Origin: Gemmatimonadota bacterium
GTDB lineage: Bacteria; Gemmatimonadota; Gemmatimonadetes; Gemmatimonadales; GWC2-71-9
NCBI GenBank assembly: GCA_039586365.1
Contig: JBDHKN010000048.1
Location: forward strand, 1 to 41,944
DNA length: 41,944 nt
Direction of reading: 5' to 3'
Shown: positions 9,725 through 19,689 of the stretch, in pieces
Position numbering within the stretch: position 1 is the first letter of the stretch
Layout: each line of letters starts with the position of its first letter
Notes under the pieces: generated by a model
The model's input: only the letters and a program-made list of their open reading frames with translations
What the model was told of the DNA's origin: nothing
The model's database searches: none
Translations under genes and position numbers: made by a program

Positions 9725-10825
9725 CTACCTGGCCCTGGGAATCGGCTCGTTTCCCAGCACGAACGACTCCACGAACAACCGCCCGGGGCCGGTCACCATG
9801 ATGTCGGAGGCGCCCATGTCGTATGCCCCGGTCAATCTGCTGGTATTGGCGACGGCCACGAACGTGAGTTCCTGCTGCGGCGCGCGGATGATGAGGGACG
9901 AGTGCCCCAATGCCAGGCCGTAGTGCCACTCCAGCTTGACGCCCTGGTACTGCTGCACGAACCAGCCGAGACCGTACGTCTTGTCTGGCCCGAAGATCTC
10001 GATCGAGGGCGACAACATCTCCTGTTGCGCCGCGGGATTGAGTAGCAGACCGGCATCCAGGGCAAGCGAGATGTCCGCGAGGTCCCGCACTGAGGAAACC
10101 AACCCGGCGGCGGGGCTGAAATGGCGCAGTAGTCCATGCGGAACGACCCGGCCGTCCACCAGTTCGTACGGCATGGCGACGTTGGCCAGGAACGCCTGTC
10201 GCGGGAGGCCGGTTGCATAGAAATCCGCCAGGATGTTGACGTCCGGTGCGGTGTGGCGGAGCCCAAGCGGCTGCAGTATCCGCTCCGTGAGCAGCTGGGC
10301 AAATGTCTCGCCGGTCGCCTCCAACATCACGTCTCCCAGCCTGATGTAGCGGCCCCCGTTGTAGCGAAACCGCGTGCCCGGGATGCCCTCGGAAGTGTGA
10401 TTGAACACGTGCTTGACGGTGACCACACCGTCGGCCTCGAGCTTCACGCCGTAGTCGCCGATTGGATCGTCGAGGTCGACCGATGCCTCCTCGACCAGCT
10501 GCATCAGGACGATGGCGGCCACCGACTTCGTCACCGACGCAACGTAGAACGACGTCGTGTCGGTCGCAGGCCTGCCACGCTCGACGTCGGCCATTCCGAA
10601 TCCGCGCGACCAGACGATGTCGCCTCCTTGGGCGATTGCAGCGGCCAGACCCGGGATCCCGAGCCCTACCCGGATGCTGTCGAGCGAAGCCTCGAAACCT
10701 TGGAGCCCCTCGACCGGCGCGACGGAGACTGGCTCGAGCGGCGTCTCACCACAGGCGGCGGCCGTGACCATGATGGTGGCGACGGCGGCCCGGATCCGGG
10801 GGGCGGATCGTGTGCGCGGACTCAT
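9725..10825 (-). CDS. Beta-lactamase-family serine hydrolase, probable lipoprotein
   Basis: 'IPGLAAAI', SxxK (ASVTKS), 'PGTRFRYN', 'YGLGWF' and lipobox TAAAC. Confidence 0.9.
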   Translation of the reverse strand: MSPRTRSAPRIRAAVATIMVTAAACGETPLEPVSVAPVEGLQGFEASLDSIRVGLGIPGLAAAIAQGGDIVWSRGFGMADVERGRPATDTTSFYVASVTKSVAAIVLMQLVEEASVDLDDPIGDYGVKLEADGVVTVKHVFNHTSEGIPGTRFRYNGGRYIRLGDVMLEATGETFAQLLTERILQPLGLRHTAPDVNILADFYATGLPRQAFLANVAMPYELVDGRVVPHGLLRHFSPAAGLVSSVRDLADISLALDAGLLLNPAAQQEMLSPSIEIFGPDKTYGLGWFVQQYQGVKLEWHYGLALGHSSLIIRAPQQELTFVAVANTSRLTGAYDMGASDIMVTGPGRLFVESFVLGNEPIPRAR

Positions 10826-11469
10826 CGTGCCGTTCCTCCAAGCGGGATCATGTAAGCAGCCGACACAACAACAGACAGTAGTCTCGTGTAGCCCCGGGGC
10901 AGAGGCTCACGGTTCAGGTTCGTCAGATTGAGGTTGCCCAGCAGCTGTACGTCGAGATGGCTAGCGGCGAACCGCCTCCGCACCCCAAATCCGACCCAGG
11001 TTCCGAACTGCGCCGCCTTGTGTCGCCATTCCACCCGCGGATCATCACAGCCCACGCTGCCCACTTCGGGCAGGCCGGTCACCGAGCACCCCAGCTCGAG
11101 ACTCACAGACGCGCCCGCAACCAGTTGAGGAGCCGTCCTCCACGGAGCCGTCGCCGTCAGGAACAGGGGTAACTCGACGTACGTCAACCGTCGGCCTCCG
11201 CCGGACCGGGTCTCGGTCCAACCCTTCTGTACGTACCACAGTTCCGCCTGCATTGAAAGGACAGAACTCGATCTGTATGCAGCTCCGCCCCCGATTTGGA
11301 GACCGAGCATCGGCTGCATCATATCGTTGGCCTCTTTGTCTTCGAACCATACGGCCCCGGCAACCGCGCCGAGTCTCCCTCCCAGGGAGATGTCTTGGGC
11401 AGAGAGACGTCCCACGGCAACCGTGCACAAGGTGATGCAGATCGTTGTCGGAATTCTGTTGCGCATCAT
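10822..11469 (-). CDS. PorT-family / outer-membrane beta-barrel protein
   Basis: Signal peptide (LSA-Q), 'QAELWYVQKG' and 'LTYVELPLFL'. ATGA overlap with the downstream hydrolase. Confidence 0.78.
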   Translation of the reverse strand: MMRNRIPTTICITLCTVAVGRLSAQDISLGGRLGAVAGAVWFEDKEANDMMQPMLGLQIGGGAAYRSSSVLSMQAELWYVQKGWTETRSGGGRRLTYVELPLFLTATAPWRTAPQLVAGASVSLELGCSVTGLPEVGSVGCDDPRVEWRHKAAQFGTWVGFGVRRRFAASHLDVQLLGNLNLTNLNREPLPRGYTRLLSVVVSAAYMIPLGGTAR

Positions 11470-11643
11470 TGCCCCATCCTCATTCGGTAGTCCTGCCCGC
11501 CGGGGGAACCTGCGCGGCGGATGAGTCGGGAACGAGCCCCAGGTACCCTCCGTCGGCTCCGGCTCACCGGAACAGCGCCTGCGCGTGCTCGTGGCGAGCG
11601 AGAGTACCGAGCCCAAGCTACCGCTGCTACGCGGATCGAGTGG

Positions 11644-12564
11644 CTAGCTGACCTGCTCCACAATCCGCTCACTCACCTGCCACAATCTCTTCGCTAGATC
11701 GTCGTCTGCTCCCCGAGAGCTGGTGGGGGCCGGATTGCAGTCGGCGTAGTATCGCCCCGACACAGCTGCCACGTCGGGGTGTGCAGCCAAAAAGCACTGC
11801 GTTGCGGCTCCTTGCTGCACGGTCTTCAGGAACAGCGGCCCCACCGCGGCCAGGGCCGCCCGCGCAAGCGGATTCATGTGTCTGCCAAGCTTGGTTCGGA
11901 TGACGCCGGGGTGCAACGCGTTGGCCGTTCGGTTCGAGCCCGCCAGCCGCCCTGCGAGCTGTCTGGCAAACAGCAAGTTTGCCAGCTTGGATTGCCCGTA
12001 TGCTGCCCACGGACTGTAGCCGCGCTTACCGCTAAGGTTGTCGAGCTGAATTCCCTCTTCGTGAGCCCGTTTGTGCGCATTGCTGCTCACCACCACCACT
12101 CGGCCCGCCTCGGCCAGCACGTCCACCAGTTGCGTCACGAGCATGAAGTGACCGATGTGATTCACTAAGAACTGCAACTCGTAGCCGAACCGCTGCCGCA
12201 GCCTGGGAAGCGCCATGATGCCCGCGTTGCAGATCACGGCGTCTATCGGCCGGCCGAGTTGTTTCACCCTGGCGACGCAAGCCCTGATCGTGTCGGGCTC
12301 GGCGAGGTCGCAGGGAAGGGGAACGGCAGCGGCCGCTACCTCGGTGATTGCCGCTCGAGCCTTCTGCTCGGTCCGCGCGGTGGCGATAACGTAGCCGCCC
12401 CTGAGGCTCAGAACCCGCAGCGTTTCCAGTCCCAGTCCCGAGTTGCAGCCGGTCAGCAAGAAGGTCTTGCCGGACAGGTCGATTCCGCGCGTGACCTCTT
12501 CGGCTGTGCTGCCGTAACCGAATCCGTTGGGACCGGCACCTTTGAGGAAGGCGATGAGTGACAC
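11644..12564 (-). CDS. Short-chain dehydrogenase/reductase (retinol dehydrogenase/WWOX-like)
   Basis: TGCNSGLG, ICNAGIM, YGQSK (YxxxK), LHPGVI and QGAAT. Probable GTG start at 12564 (the ORF extends to 12660). Confidence 0.9.
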   Translation of the reverse strand: MSLIAFLKGAGPNGFGYGSTAEEVTRGIDLSGKTFLLTGCNSGLGLETLRVLSLRGGYVIATARTEQKARAAITEVAAAAVPLPCDLAEPDTIRACVARVKQLGRPIDAVICNAGIMALPRLRQRFGYELQFLVNHIGHFMLVTQLVDVLAEAGRVVVVSSNAHKRAHEEGIQLDNLSGKRGYSPWAAYGQSKLANLLFARQLAGRLAGSNRTANALHPGVIRTKLGRHMNPLARAALAAVGPLFLKTVQQGAATQCFLAAHPDVAAVSGRYYADCNPAPTSSRGADDDLAKRLWQVSERIVEQVS

Positions 12565-12730
12565 TGCGCGAAGGTACACCCAACACAACAACAAGGCGAA
12601 TGCCGGAACGCGGTTGCCTCTGGAAGCGCGCAAGAGGAGGCTCCTTGGTTTCCCGATCACACCTGCCCTAAGGACTGGCTAGGGGAACTGGCCCCTGCAA
12701 TTTGAAATATTGCGTCTGACCAGATTGACT

Positions 12731-12750
12731 ATAATATAACTATATATTGT
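12731..12750. promoter_or_regulatory. AT-rich inverted repeat (operator-like) in a divergent intergenic region
   Basis: AATATA-ACTA-TATATT (12733-12748) next to TTGACT and TATAAT hexamers in an otherwise GC-rich context. Confidence 0.45.
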
Positions 12751-12820
12751 GCATGAGTACATATGTGTCCGCATGAGTCGGAATCAACTGTCATCGTAAC
12801 TGAAGACTGTGGTGATAAGC

Positions 12821-12913
12821 ATGGAGTATCCCAGCATGATCACCGATCTACCGCAGGCAGACATCCCGTTCGATGACGTCCCAACGCTCGATAGTCGCGC
12901 GACAAAGAGGTGA
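12821..12913 (+). pseudogene. Truncated N-terminus of a cupin-domain-like protein
   Basis: MEYPSMITDLPQADIPF resembles, from recall, the N-terminus of a small cupin family (xYPxxIxxLPEADIPF); it stops after 30 aa. Confidence 0.4.
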
Positions 12914-12914
12914 A

Positions 12915-14240
12915 ATGATGCCCAAGGTAGGACCCCCGCGGTGCGATGACGTTGCCCTTCCCGGCTGTTCCCCGTCAAGTTCCCGGCCCGCCAGTCGTTT
13001 GCGGCATGCCCTGTATCCCGCGTCGTGGCGCCAGGCAATCGTTCCGCCGCTGCTCGCGGTGATCTGGGCGTGTGGCTCTGACGCGGACGCCCGCGACTCC
13101 TCCGCTCAGGCTTCCAGCATCAGAGATAGTGCCGGTATCGCAATTGTCGAAAGCAGGCTTCCGTCATGGGAATCCGGCACGGAGTGGAGAGTCGGCCAAC
13201 TCCTGGTTTCGATCGGCGAGGCAACAGGGGAGTTGGAGTACGAGTTGTTCCGGGTGCTAGATGCTACCCGGCTGTCCGACGGTACGGTGGCAGTCGCCAA
13301 TATGAGCACCAGTGAGATCCGGTTGTTCGATGCAGCCGGACGCTTCCTGAGAAGCTTGGGTCGGGTGGGTGGTGGTCCGGGTGAGTTCCAGGCCGAGGGT
13401 CTCAGGCGTGTAGACCACGTTCAAGGGGACAGCCTGTTTGCCTGGGACTTGCTGGCTCAACGAATGTCGGTATTTGCGCCCGATGGTGAGTTCGTCCGCT
13501 CGACCAGGCTCCGCAACACCAATCGGATGTATTTCTTCGACGGCCTGTTCGCCGATCGCTCGATGTTAATGAGGCTCAACAGACCCGACACATCCTCGCG
13601 TTTCGTTGAGGGGTACACCCGGAATACGGTGAGATTCCTGAGGTTCGGCGGTCAAGGTGACTCGTTGGGACGGCTCGGCGAATTCCCGGGCAGCGAGGAA
13701 TACTGGCGCCGGTGGGGAGAGCGGGGGATGGTCGGGGATGACGCGCCGTTCGGCAAAGTGACTTCGGCCAGGGCCGGGCCCGACCGAGCCTATGTGGCAA
13801 CCGGGGACTCCTATGAGGTTTGGGTCTTCTCCACCACGGCAGAGCTCGAGATGTCGATTCGCAAGGAACATCCACCGGTGCCGGTGAGCGCGGATGTAGC
13901 GCGAGGCTGGGACGAGGAGCGCGCAGCAAGACTAAAAGGCCATGAGCCGGGTTGGGACTATTCTTCCTTGCTGGATGACATGGTGCTGCCGGATGTTCTC
14001 CCGGCCTACGGTTCGATCCAGGTGGATGCCTCCTCCAACCTCTGGGTCGAGGAGTACGACGAGGCAGGAGAGCGAGGACCGGAGTGGTCGGTGTTTGACC
14101 CGCGCGGCGTCTGGCTGGGTTGCGTCAGGATACCCGCCGGACTCGAGGTTTTCGAGATCGGGAACGACTACATCCTGGGCAGGGAGGTGGATGATGCGGA
14201 GGTCGAATACGTCAGGGTATACGAGCTGGTGAAACCCTGA
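12915..14240 (+). CDS. 6-bladed beta-propeller lipoprotein
   Basis: Lipobox IWAC, 'RDSAGIAIVES', 'GRVGGGPGEF', 'WSVFDPRGVWLG', C-terminal 'DDAEVEYVRVYEL'. GAGGTG RBS upstream. Confidence 0.82.
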   Translation: MMPKVGPPRCDDVALPGCSPSSSRPASRLRHALYPASWRQAIVPPLLAVIWACGSDADARDSSAQASSIRDSAGIAIVESRLPSWESGTEWRVGQLLVSIGEATGELEYELFRVLDATRLSDGTVAVANMSTSEIRLFDAAGRFLRSLGRVGGGPGEFQAEGLRRVDHVQGDSLFAWDLLAQRMSVFAPDGEFVRSTRLRNTNRMYFFDGLFADRSMLMRLNRPDTSSRFVEGYTRNTVRFLRFGGQGDSLGRLGEFPGSEEYWRRWGERGMVGDDAPFGKVTSARAGPDRAYVATGDSYEVWVFSTTAELEMSIRKEHPPVPVSADVARGWDEERAARLKGHEPGWDYSSLLDDMVLPDVLPAYGSIQVDASSNLWVEEYDEAGERGPEWSVFDPRGVWLGCVRIPAGLEVFEIGNDYILGREVDDAEVEYVRVYELVKP

Positions 14241-14647
14241 TGTCACGTGCCACCGCCGTCACGGACAGCCTCGAGTAAGGTTAGCCGCAGCGGCGATTCT
14301 TGCAGGTCGAGTTCGCTGTGTCTCCGGTACCGACAGCGCCGTCGGCCATCGCCCACCCCTTCGCAGCTGAGGTGAGAGCGAACACAACCCTCGGGCATCT
14401 GGCGGCGCTTGGGATTGTCTGTTGCACTCTGGCCTGACTCCCAGCCGGGCGAGACACTTCGCAAGCGGATAAACCGCGAGGGCCAGCCTCCTCGGGGCGG
14501 CCGTAGACGCCGCAGGCCCAGCATCGCCGTATGAGCTCTTCCAACGCATAGCATGTCGAAAATCAAGCTGAATCGCTGCCGTGGCTGTAGCTGAGGAGGC
14601 ACCCTAGGAAAAACGCTCGCCCGGGGTATTCGGTACGGCCCAACCGT

Positions 14648-17323
14648 TCACTCCTCCCTGAGCGCCTCCATCGGATCGAGCCGAGCCGCGCGCCACGCGG
14701 GCAGCGCACCGGCGGCTACGGCCACCACGCCGAGCACGGCCGCTGACAAGACGAGCGTCCTCGGGTCAGTGGCTGTCATGCCAAAGAGGAAAGCTGACAA
14801 CAGGCGCGTGCTCGCCAGCGCAACGACCACGCCTATCGCGATGCCCACGAGAACCAAACGCCCGACCTCGGCGAGTACCATCCCAAGCACGCGCCCCCGC
14901 GCGGCCCCGAGTGCCAGTCGCAGGCCGATCTCGTTGCGCCTGCTGGTTACCCGATATGAGAGAGTACCATAGAGCCCGATCATCGCGAGCAGCAGAGCGA
15001 CGGCGCCGAAGAACCCGGAGAGGAGGGCGAGTATCCTTGGCCGCGTGAGCGAGGCCGCCACTTCATCCTCAAGTGTCGAGAACCGAACTGAGATTCGCGG
15101 ATGCACTTCCACAATCAAGTTCGCTACGGCCGGGATGAGCGCTGTCGGCGCGCCATCGGTCCTGAGTTGATACCGCAGCGTGCCCCAAGGCTCACGTTCC
15201 TGGCTGAGCGGGAAGTACGCAATTGGGCTTGTTTCTTCATCGATCGATTGGTATTTCGTGTCCGCGACCACCCCAATCACTTCGTACGTCTCGGGGTCTC
15301 CGCCGGGGGGCTTCACGCTGAAGTGCCGACCCAACGGTTGCGGCTCGGCGAAGAACCTACGCGCCATCGTCTCGTTGATTACCGCTACCAAGGCGGACCC
15401 TTGGGCGTCCCGCGAATCGAAGTCACGACCGGCCTTGAGTCGCGTCTCCAGCGTCTCAAAGTACGCGTCACTCGTACTGTTGAACCAGGCGAGCGCGTCC
15501 TCTTGCACCAGTGGCGTGTACCCATCCACCTCCACATAGTTGTTCCAGCTAGAGCCACCGATCGGCGTGATCACGGACGCACTCGCGGACCGAACACCGG
15601 GCAGGGCACGCAGTTGCTCGAGAATCTCCTGCTTCGTGCGGCTGGATTCTTCCGTAGAATAGCCCGCGTTGTGTGGATCCATACGGACGAGCAAGACACC
15701 GTCACGGTTGAAGCCCGTGTCGAGTGTTTGCAGCCGGGTGAGGGTCCCAATCAACAAGCCGGCACCCACGATCAAAGACAACGACATGGCGAGCTGCCCG
15801 ATCACGAGCAGCTTGCCCGCTGCGAAGCGCCCGCAGCGATCAGCGACATCTCGCCCCGCCGTTCGTAGTGCCGCTTGCGGTGCGACACCCGTCGCTCGCC
15901 ACGCCGGAGCCAGACCGAACAGAACCCCCGTGGCAGTCGCGACGCCAAGAGTGAAGCCCAGAACCCGGCCATCCAGACCGAGATCCAGCCATAGGTTGCC
16001 GCTGGTGGAAAGCATCCCAACCAGGAACGCGCTCGCCCAGCGCGCAAAGACGACGGCGACGATCGCGCTCAGGAGCGACAGCAGCAGGCTCTCCGTCACG
16101 AGCAGCCGGACGAGTCGCCCGCGCCCCGAGCCGATTGCGCGCCGGATGGCCACTTCGTGCTGTCGCCGCGTCGCGCGAGCCAGCAACAGGTTTGCCACGT
16201 TCCCGCACGCGATGAGCAGCACTACCGCCACTACTCCCATCAACGCCAACAGGGCGGGGCCGTATTCTCCGCGCAAGTAGGACACGCCGTTCGGTGCCGC
16301 CCGCACTGCAAGTGTGTATCCCCGATACCTGTCCTGTCCTTCGCGGTCCCAAAGTTGCGGGACCGTCGCGCCGAAGATGCCCGATGACAGCGCTGCCAGA
16401 CGCACACTTGCCTGCTTCGCGTTTTGACTTCGTTCCAGGCGGCCGAGTACGTGCAGGAACCAGCTGCTCCGCGCGTCCAACTGATCGCTTTCGGGATAGA
16501 CGATGGTAAAGGCGCAGACGGGTGCATAAACCTCGGTCGCCCTACCTGCATCCACACCCGAAAAGGCCGGGTTGACGACCCCGATCAGCTCGAAGGGATA
16601 ACCGTCCAGCATCAACGTAGAGCCGACCGCGTCGGCCGTACCGCCGAACTCGCGTTGCCAGAAGCCGTAACTCACGACGACAATGGCCGGGCAGCCGCGG
16701 TAGTCATCGCCGTTGTCGAGAACGCGGCCCAGCACGGGCAACACGCCGAGCGTGCGGAAGAAATCACCGCTCACCCAATACCCGGGCACGTTCCTGACTT
16801 CGCCGCCATCGGCCAGATTGAAACTGCGATTTCCGAAGGCGAAGACGCCCGACAATACATCCTGCTGCTCGCGCAGCTCTTCCCACAGTGGATTCGTGAA
16901 GACCGCTCTACCGTCCCCGAACGTCACCTGCACCAACTCCTCCGGATGCTCCACCGGCAGCGTGCGCAGAACCAAGGCGTTGTATAGGCTGAAGATGGCG
17001 GTGTTGGCGCCTATCCCGAGGCCCAGCGACAGGATGGCCACAATCGCGAAGCCCGGGCTGCGACGCAGGGAGCGGGCTGCGTAGCGGACGTCGGCGAGCA
17101 CCGACTCCAACCACAACAGCGCTTCCGTCCGGTACGTCCGTTCGCGTCGCAGGGTCGGGTTGCCGAACCGACGACGCGCTTCGCGCATTGCGTCGTGCTT
17201 GCTCATGCCCTGCGCCATCAGATCATCAGTACGTTCGGCAAGATGAAACGAGACTTCGCGTTCGATCTCGCTCCAGAGTGGGCCGTGACGCAAGAGACGG
17301 AGCAGTCGGTTATGCCACGCCAT
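14648..17323 (-). CDS. ADOP-family duplicated ABC permease (MacB/FtsX-type) with permease-prefix domain
   Basis: 'ARRRFGN', 'DVRYAARSLRRSPGF', 'GIGANTAIFS', 'LLIACGNVANLLLAR', 'RRNEIGLRLALGA', 'PAWRAARLDPMEALREE'. GAGGAGG RBS. Confidence 0.93.
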   Translation of the reverse strand: MAWHNRLLRLLRHGPLWSEIEREVSFHLAERTDDLMAQGMSKHDAMREARRRFGNPTLRRERTYRTEALLWLESVLADVRYAARSLRRSPGFAIVAILSLGLGIGANTAIFSLYNALVLRTLPVEHPEELVQVTFGDGRAVFTNPLWEELREQQDVLSGVFAFGNRSFNLADGGEVRNVPGYWVSGDFFRTLGVLPVLGRVLDNGDDYRGCPAIVVVSYGFWQREFGGTADAVGSTLMLDGYPFELIGVVNPAFSGVDAGRATEVYAPVCAFTIVYPESDQLDARSSWFLHVLGRLERSQNAKQASVRLAALSSGIFGATVPQLWDREGQDRYRGYTLAVRAAPNGVSYLRGEYGPALLALMGVVAVVLLIACGNVANLLLARATRRQHEVAIRRAIGSGRGRLVRLLVTESLLLSLLSAIVAVVFARWASAFLVGMLSTSGNLWLDLGLDGRVLGFTLGVATATGVLFGLAPAWRATGVAPQAALRTAGRDVADRCGRFAAGKLLVIGQLAMSLSLIVGAGLLIGTLTRLQTLDTGFNRDGVLLVRMDPHNAGYSTEESSRTKQEILEQLRALPGVRSASASVITPIGGSSWNNYVEVDGYTPLVQEDALAWFNSTSDAYFETLETRLKAGRDFDSRDAQGSALVAVINETMARRFFAEPQPLGRHFSVKPPGGDPETYEVIGVVADTKYQSIDEETSPIAYFPLSQEREPWGTLRYQLRTDGAPTALIPAVANLIVEVHPRISVRFSTLEDEVAASLTRPRILALLSGFFGAVALLLAMIGLYGTLSYRVTSRRNEIGLRLALGAARGRVLGMVLAEVGRLVLVGIAIGVVVALASTRLLSAFLFGMTATDPRTLVLSAAVLGVVAVAAGALPAWRAARLDPMEALREE

Positions 17324-17353
17324 GGGACGTCCTCCTCGCTGGCTCACCGCGAA

Positions 17354-17689
17354 CTACGCGTTCCTGAGTACGCGGTTCACGCCCTTGGTCAACCGCTCCC
17401 AGCTCTCGCGCTCTTGGTGTAGCTGCTTCTTGCCCGCGGCCGTCAGTGAGTAGAACCGAGCCTCCCGGTTCTTCTCCGTGGTGCCCCACTCGCTCCGCAG
17501 CCACCCCGCCTGCTCCATGCGATGGAGAGCCGGGTACAGTGAACCCTCTTCGACTCGCAGCAGATCGTCGGACACCGTCTGGATGTGAGAGGTGAGGGCG
17601 TAACCGTGCAGCCGGGGGCGCGCCTCGAGTGTGCGGAGCACGAGGAGTGCCAAGGTGCCCTGGAGGATGTCGTTCTTCTGCTTTGCCAC
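17354..17689 (-). CDS. padR: PadR-family transcriptional regulator (Acidobacterial type)
   Basis: 'LQGTLALLVL', 'HGY', 'VEEGSLYPALHRME', 'NREARFYSLTAAGKKQL'. Confidence 0.93.
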   Translation of the reverse strand: MAKQKNDILQGTLALLVLRTLEARPRLHGYALTSHIQTVSDDLLRVEEGSLYPALHRMEQAGWLRSEWGTTEKNREARFYSLTAAGKKQLHQERESWERLTKGVNRVLRNA

Positions 17690-17699
17690 GTTTACCTAT

Positions 17700-17748
17700 C
17701 TAGCTATGCATACCTAGCTATGGTAACAGCAATCCAGCTCGCTGTCAA
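17700..17748 (-). promoter_or_regulatory. Sigma70 promoter of padR-ADOP with downstream palindromic operator
   Basis: Minus strand TTGACA-17 bp-TACCAT with extended -10 TG; near-perfect palindrome CTAGCTATGCATACCTAG at 17700-17717. Confidence 0.7.
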
Positions 17749-17844
17749 ATCGTTGGTGTTTGGCTCCGGATCTCGGCGCAGCGCCGAAGTGAAGCCAGGG
17801 CGGCTACCTCTGGTCGGAGCGGTACGACCGAGCGGTGCACGAGG

Positions 17845-19257
17845 TTAGTTGGGTCGCACGACGCCCGTCTGTCGCAAGTAGCGTTCGATCGCCGTGTCGA
17901 CACGATATCCTGTGCGGGACGTGCTCAGGTCGCGCAAGCCTGCTATCGCGGTGAACGCTGAGATGGGAGCGGACACCGTGTAGAAGGCCGCAGTGTCGAC
18001 AGGAACGCCAGTGATGCGGACGACCGTCGAGTCTTCAACTTCACATCCTGAGAACAGCACGTTGGGGGTCCGGACGAGATCCCCGATCGCCGTCCCCTTG
18101 ACTCGGGCCGTAAGGATGGGCAGCCGTTCCCCGTGAACCCGACAGATGTCGGCCACGGTGACCGGGCCTGCTTCGAGCGACGGCCAAGCGGACCATCGCC
18201 AGACCATCGCAATGTCGGAGCGTGTGACCGAGCGGACCGCCTCGGCGGCCAGATCGCCCAGCGGGCTGGATCCCTCTCTCGCTGAGGCCAGCGGCGACTC
18301 GAGCGTGCCGACGACTGCATCCAGCGCCGACGCATAGTCGGCCAGTACCGCCTCGACCTCAGGGTCGTCCGGCACGTCGGCCGTGACCGGGAGCAGACGG
18401 CCTTCCAGCCGATCCACTATGTAGCCGCCTTGCGATCTGCGCATTCGGACGTCCACGCGGCCGACGACCTCGTAGCGGCTTTGTGCCTGTGCGATGCCGA
18501 TCGCGACCGGGTTCGGCGGCCTGGGTACACGCATCAGACTGTCGAGCCGGGTGTGGCTGTGACCGCCGACGATCAGGTCGATCTCCGGAACGGCAGCCGC
18601 GAGGGCGCTGTCGCCCCTCGCCCCCAGGTGCGAGAGCACAAGGAGCAGGTCGGCCTGCCGCCGCAGAACCGGGGCGTATTGTCTGGCCACCTGCACCGGA
18701 TCGAGCCATTCCAGATCCCGAGCCGAATAGTGGCCCATCCGGACAGACCCAAGCCCCAGAATGGCCACTCGGACGCCGCTGATTTCCTGTATCGTGTAGG
18801 CGGGTAACAACGGTGCTCCGGTGTGATTGTGCATCACATTGGCGTGTAGCACCGGGTAACCTACGCGAGACGTCTGTTCGACCAGGTTCTCGAAGCCGAA
18901 GTAGAAGTCGCCGTTCCCGGGCGTGAGCGCGTCCACCCCCATCAGTTCGAGAATCTCGAGGTTGGCCCGGCCGCCCAAGCAGGACGTGACCGGATCTCCT
19001 CTGGAGAAGAGGTCGCCGGCGTGCAGCAGCAGGACGCGCTCAGGATTCAGTCTGCGAATATCCCGAATGAGCGTCGTTGCGCGGGCAACCCCCCCAACCT
19101 GGGCCGAGTCGGAGTTCAGATGAGGTTCGAGGCTCCCGTGGGTGTCGTTGAGGTGGAGCACTACAAGATCCACGGTCTGCTGGGCGCCTCCGGCAGGCGA
19201 CCAGAACAGCAGAGCCGCTGCCAGAAGCAGGACGGTCCTTCTGTATGAGATGCGCAT
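17845..19257 (-). CDS. Bifunctional 5'-nucleotidase/UDP-sugar hydrolase-family metallophosphoesterase, secreted
   Basis: 'LHLNDTHG', 'HAGD', 'PGNGDF', 'LSHLG', 'DLIVGGHSH' motifs, a 5'-nucleotidase C-terminal domain and a signal peptide. Confidence 0.88.
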   Translation of the reverse strand: MRISYRRTVLLLAAALLFWSPAGGAQQTVDLVVLHLNDTHGSLEPHLNSDSAQVGGVARATTLIRDIRRLNPERVLLLHAGDLFSRGDPVTSCLGGRANLEILELMGVDALTPGNGDFYFGFENLVEQTSRVGYPVLHANVMHNHTGAPLLPAYTIQEISGVRVAILGLGSVRMGHYSARDLEWLDPVQVARQYAPVLRRQADLLLVLSHLGARGDSALAAAVPEIDLIVGGHSHTRLDSLMRVPRPPNPVAIGIAQAQSRYEVVGRVDVRMRRSQGGYIVDRLEGRLLPVTADVPDDPEVEAVLADYASALDAVVGTLESPLASAREGSSPLGDLAAEAVRSVTRSDIAMVWRWSAWPSLEAGPVTVADICRVHGERLPILTARVKGTAIGDLVRTPNVLFSGCEVEDSTVVRITGVPVDTAAFYTVSAPISAFTAIAGLRDLSTSRTGYRVDTAIERYLRQTGVVRPN

Positions 19258-19689
19258 ACCGGATCTCCCTTCGCTCGGGATAGGAACTCTGCTTTCCGCG
19301 CTGCCAAGTATGCTGCCCCGAGATAGAGGTGTCCAGCGACTCGGGTGAGCTTTGCGATGGACCTCGCCGAAGAAGCGGACATACTCGACTGCTACACGCA
19401 TCCACGACGCGACAGTTGAGCCGAAGCCGATGCTGAACGAAGCACCGATGTGGTGGTCGTCGTGTGCGGCGACGTGCTCGTCCTGTGGGCCAGGGGACGC
19501 TACGCTCGTACGCTGTGCGTCGGTGCGGGTACGCCTGACGACCGTTGGCAGGTATGGGCTTTCGTTTCGGTCAGGTCCGCGTTCCCCAAGTACCGAACCA
19601 TGGCGAGGGCGTGAAGCCCCTGGTGCTGCATAAAGGGGAGAGAGATGTGCTCCAGATTGTCCAGGGCCACCGTCTGCGGGTTTGACGAG

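Noticed and set aside
14245..14645. Short ORFs or an attC relic between the beta-propeller and ADOP genes
   Set aside because: The ORFs lack protein-like composition; the TTCCAAC...GTAGCTGAG..CCTAGG resemblance is too weak and unpaired.
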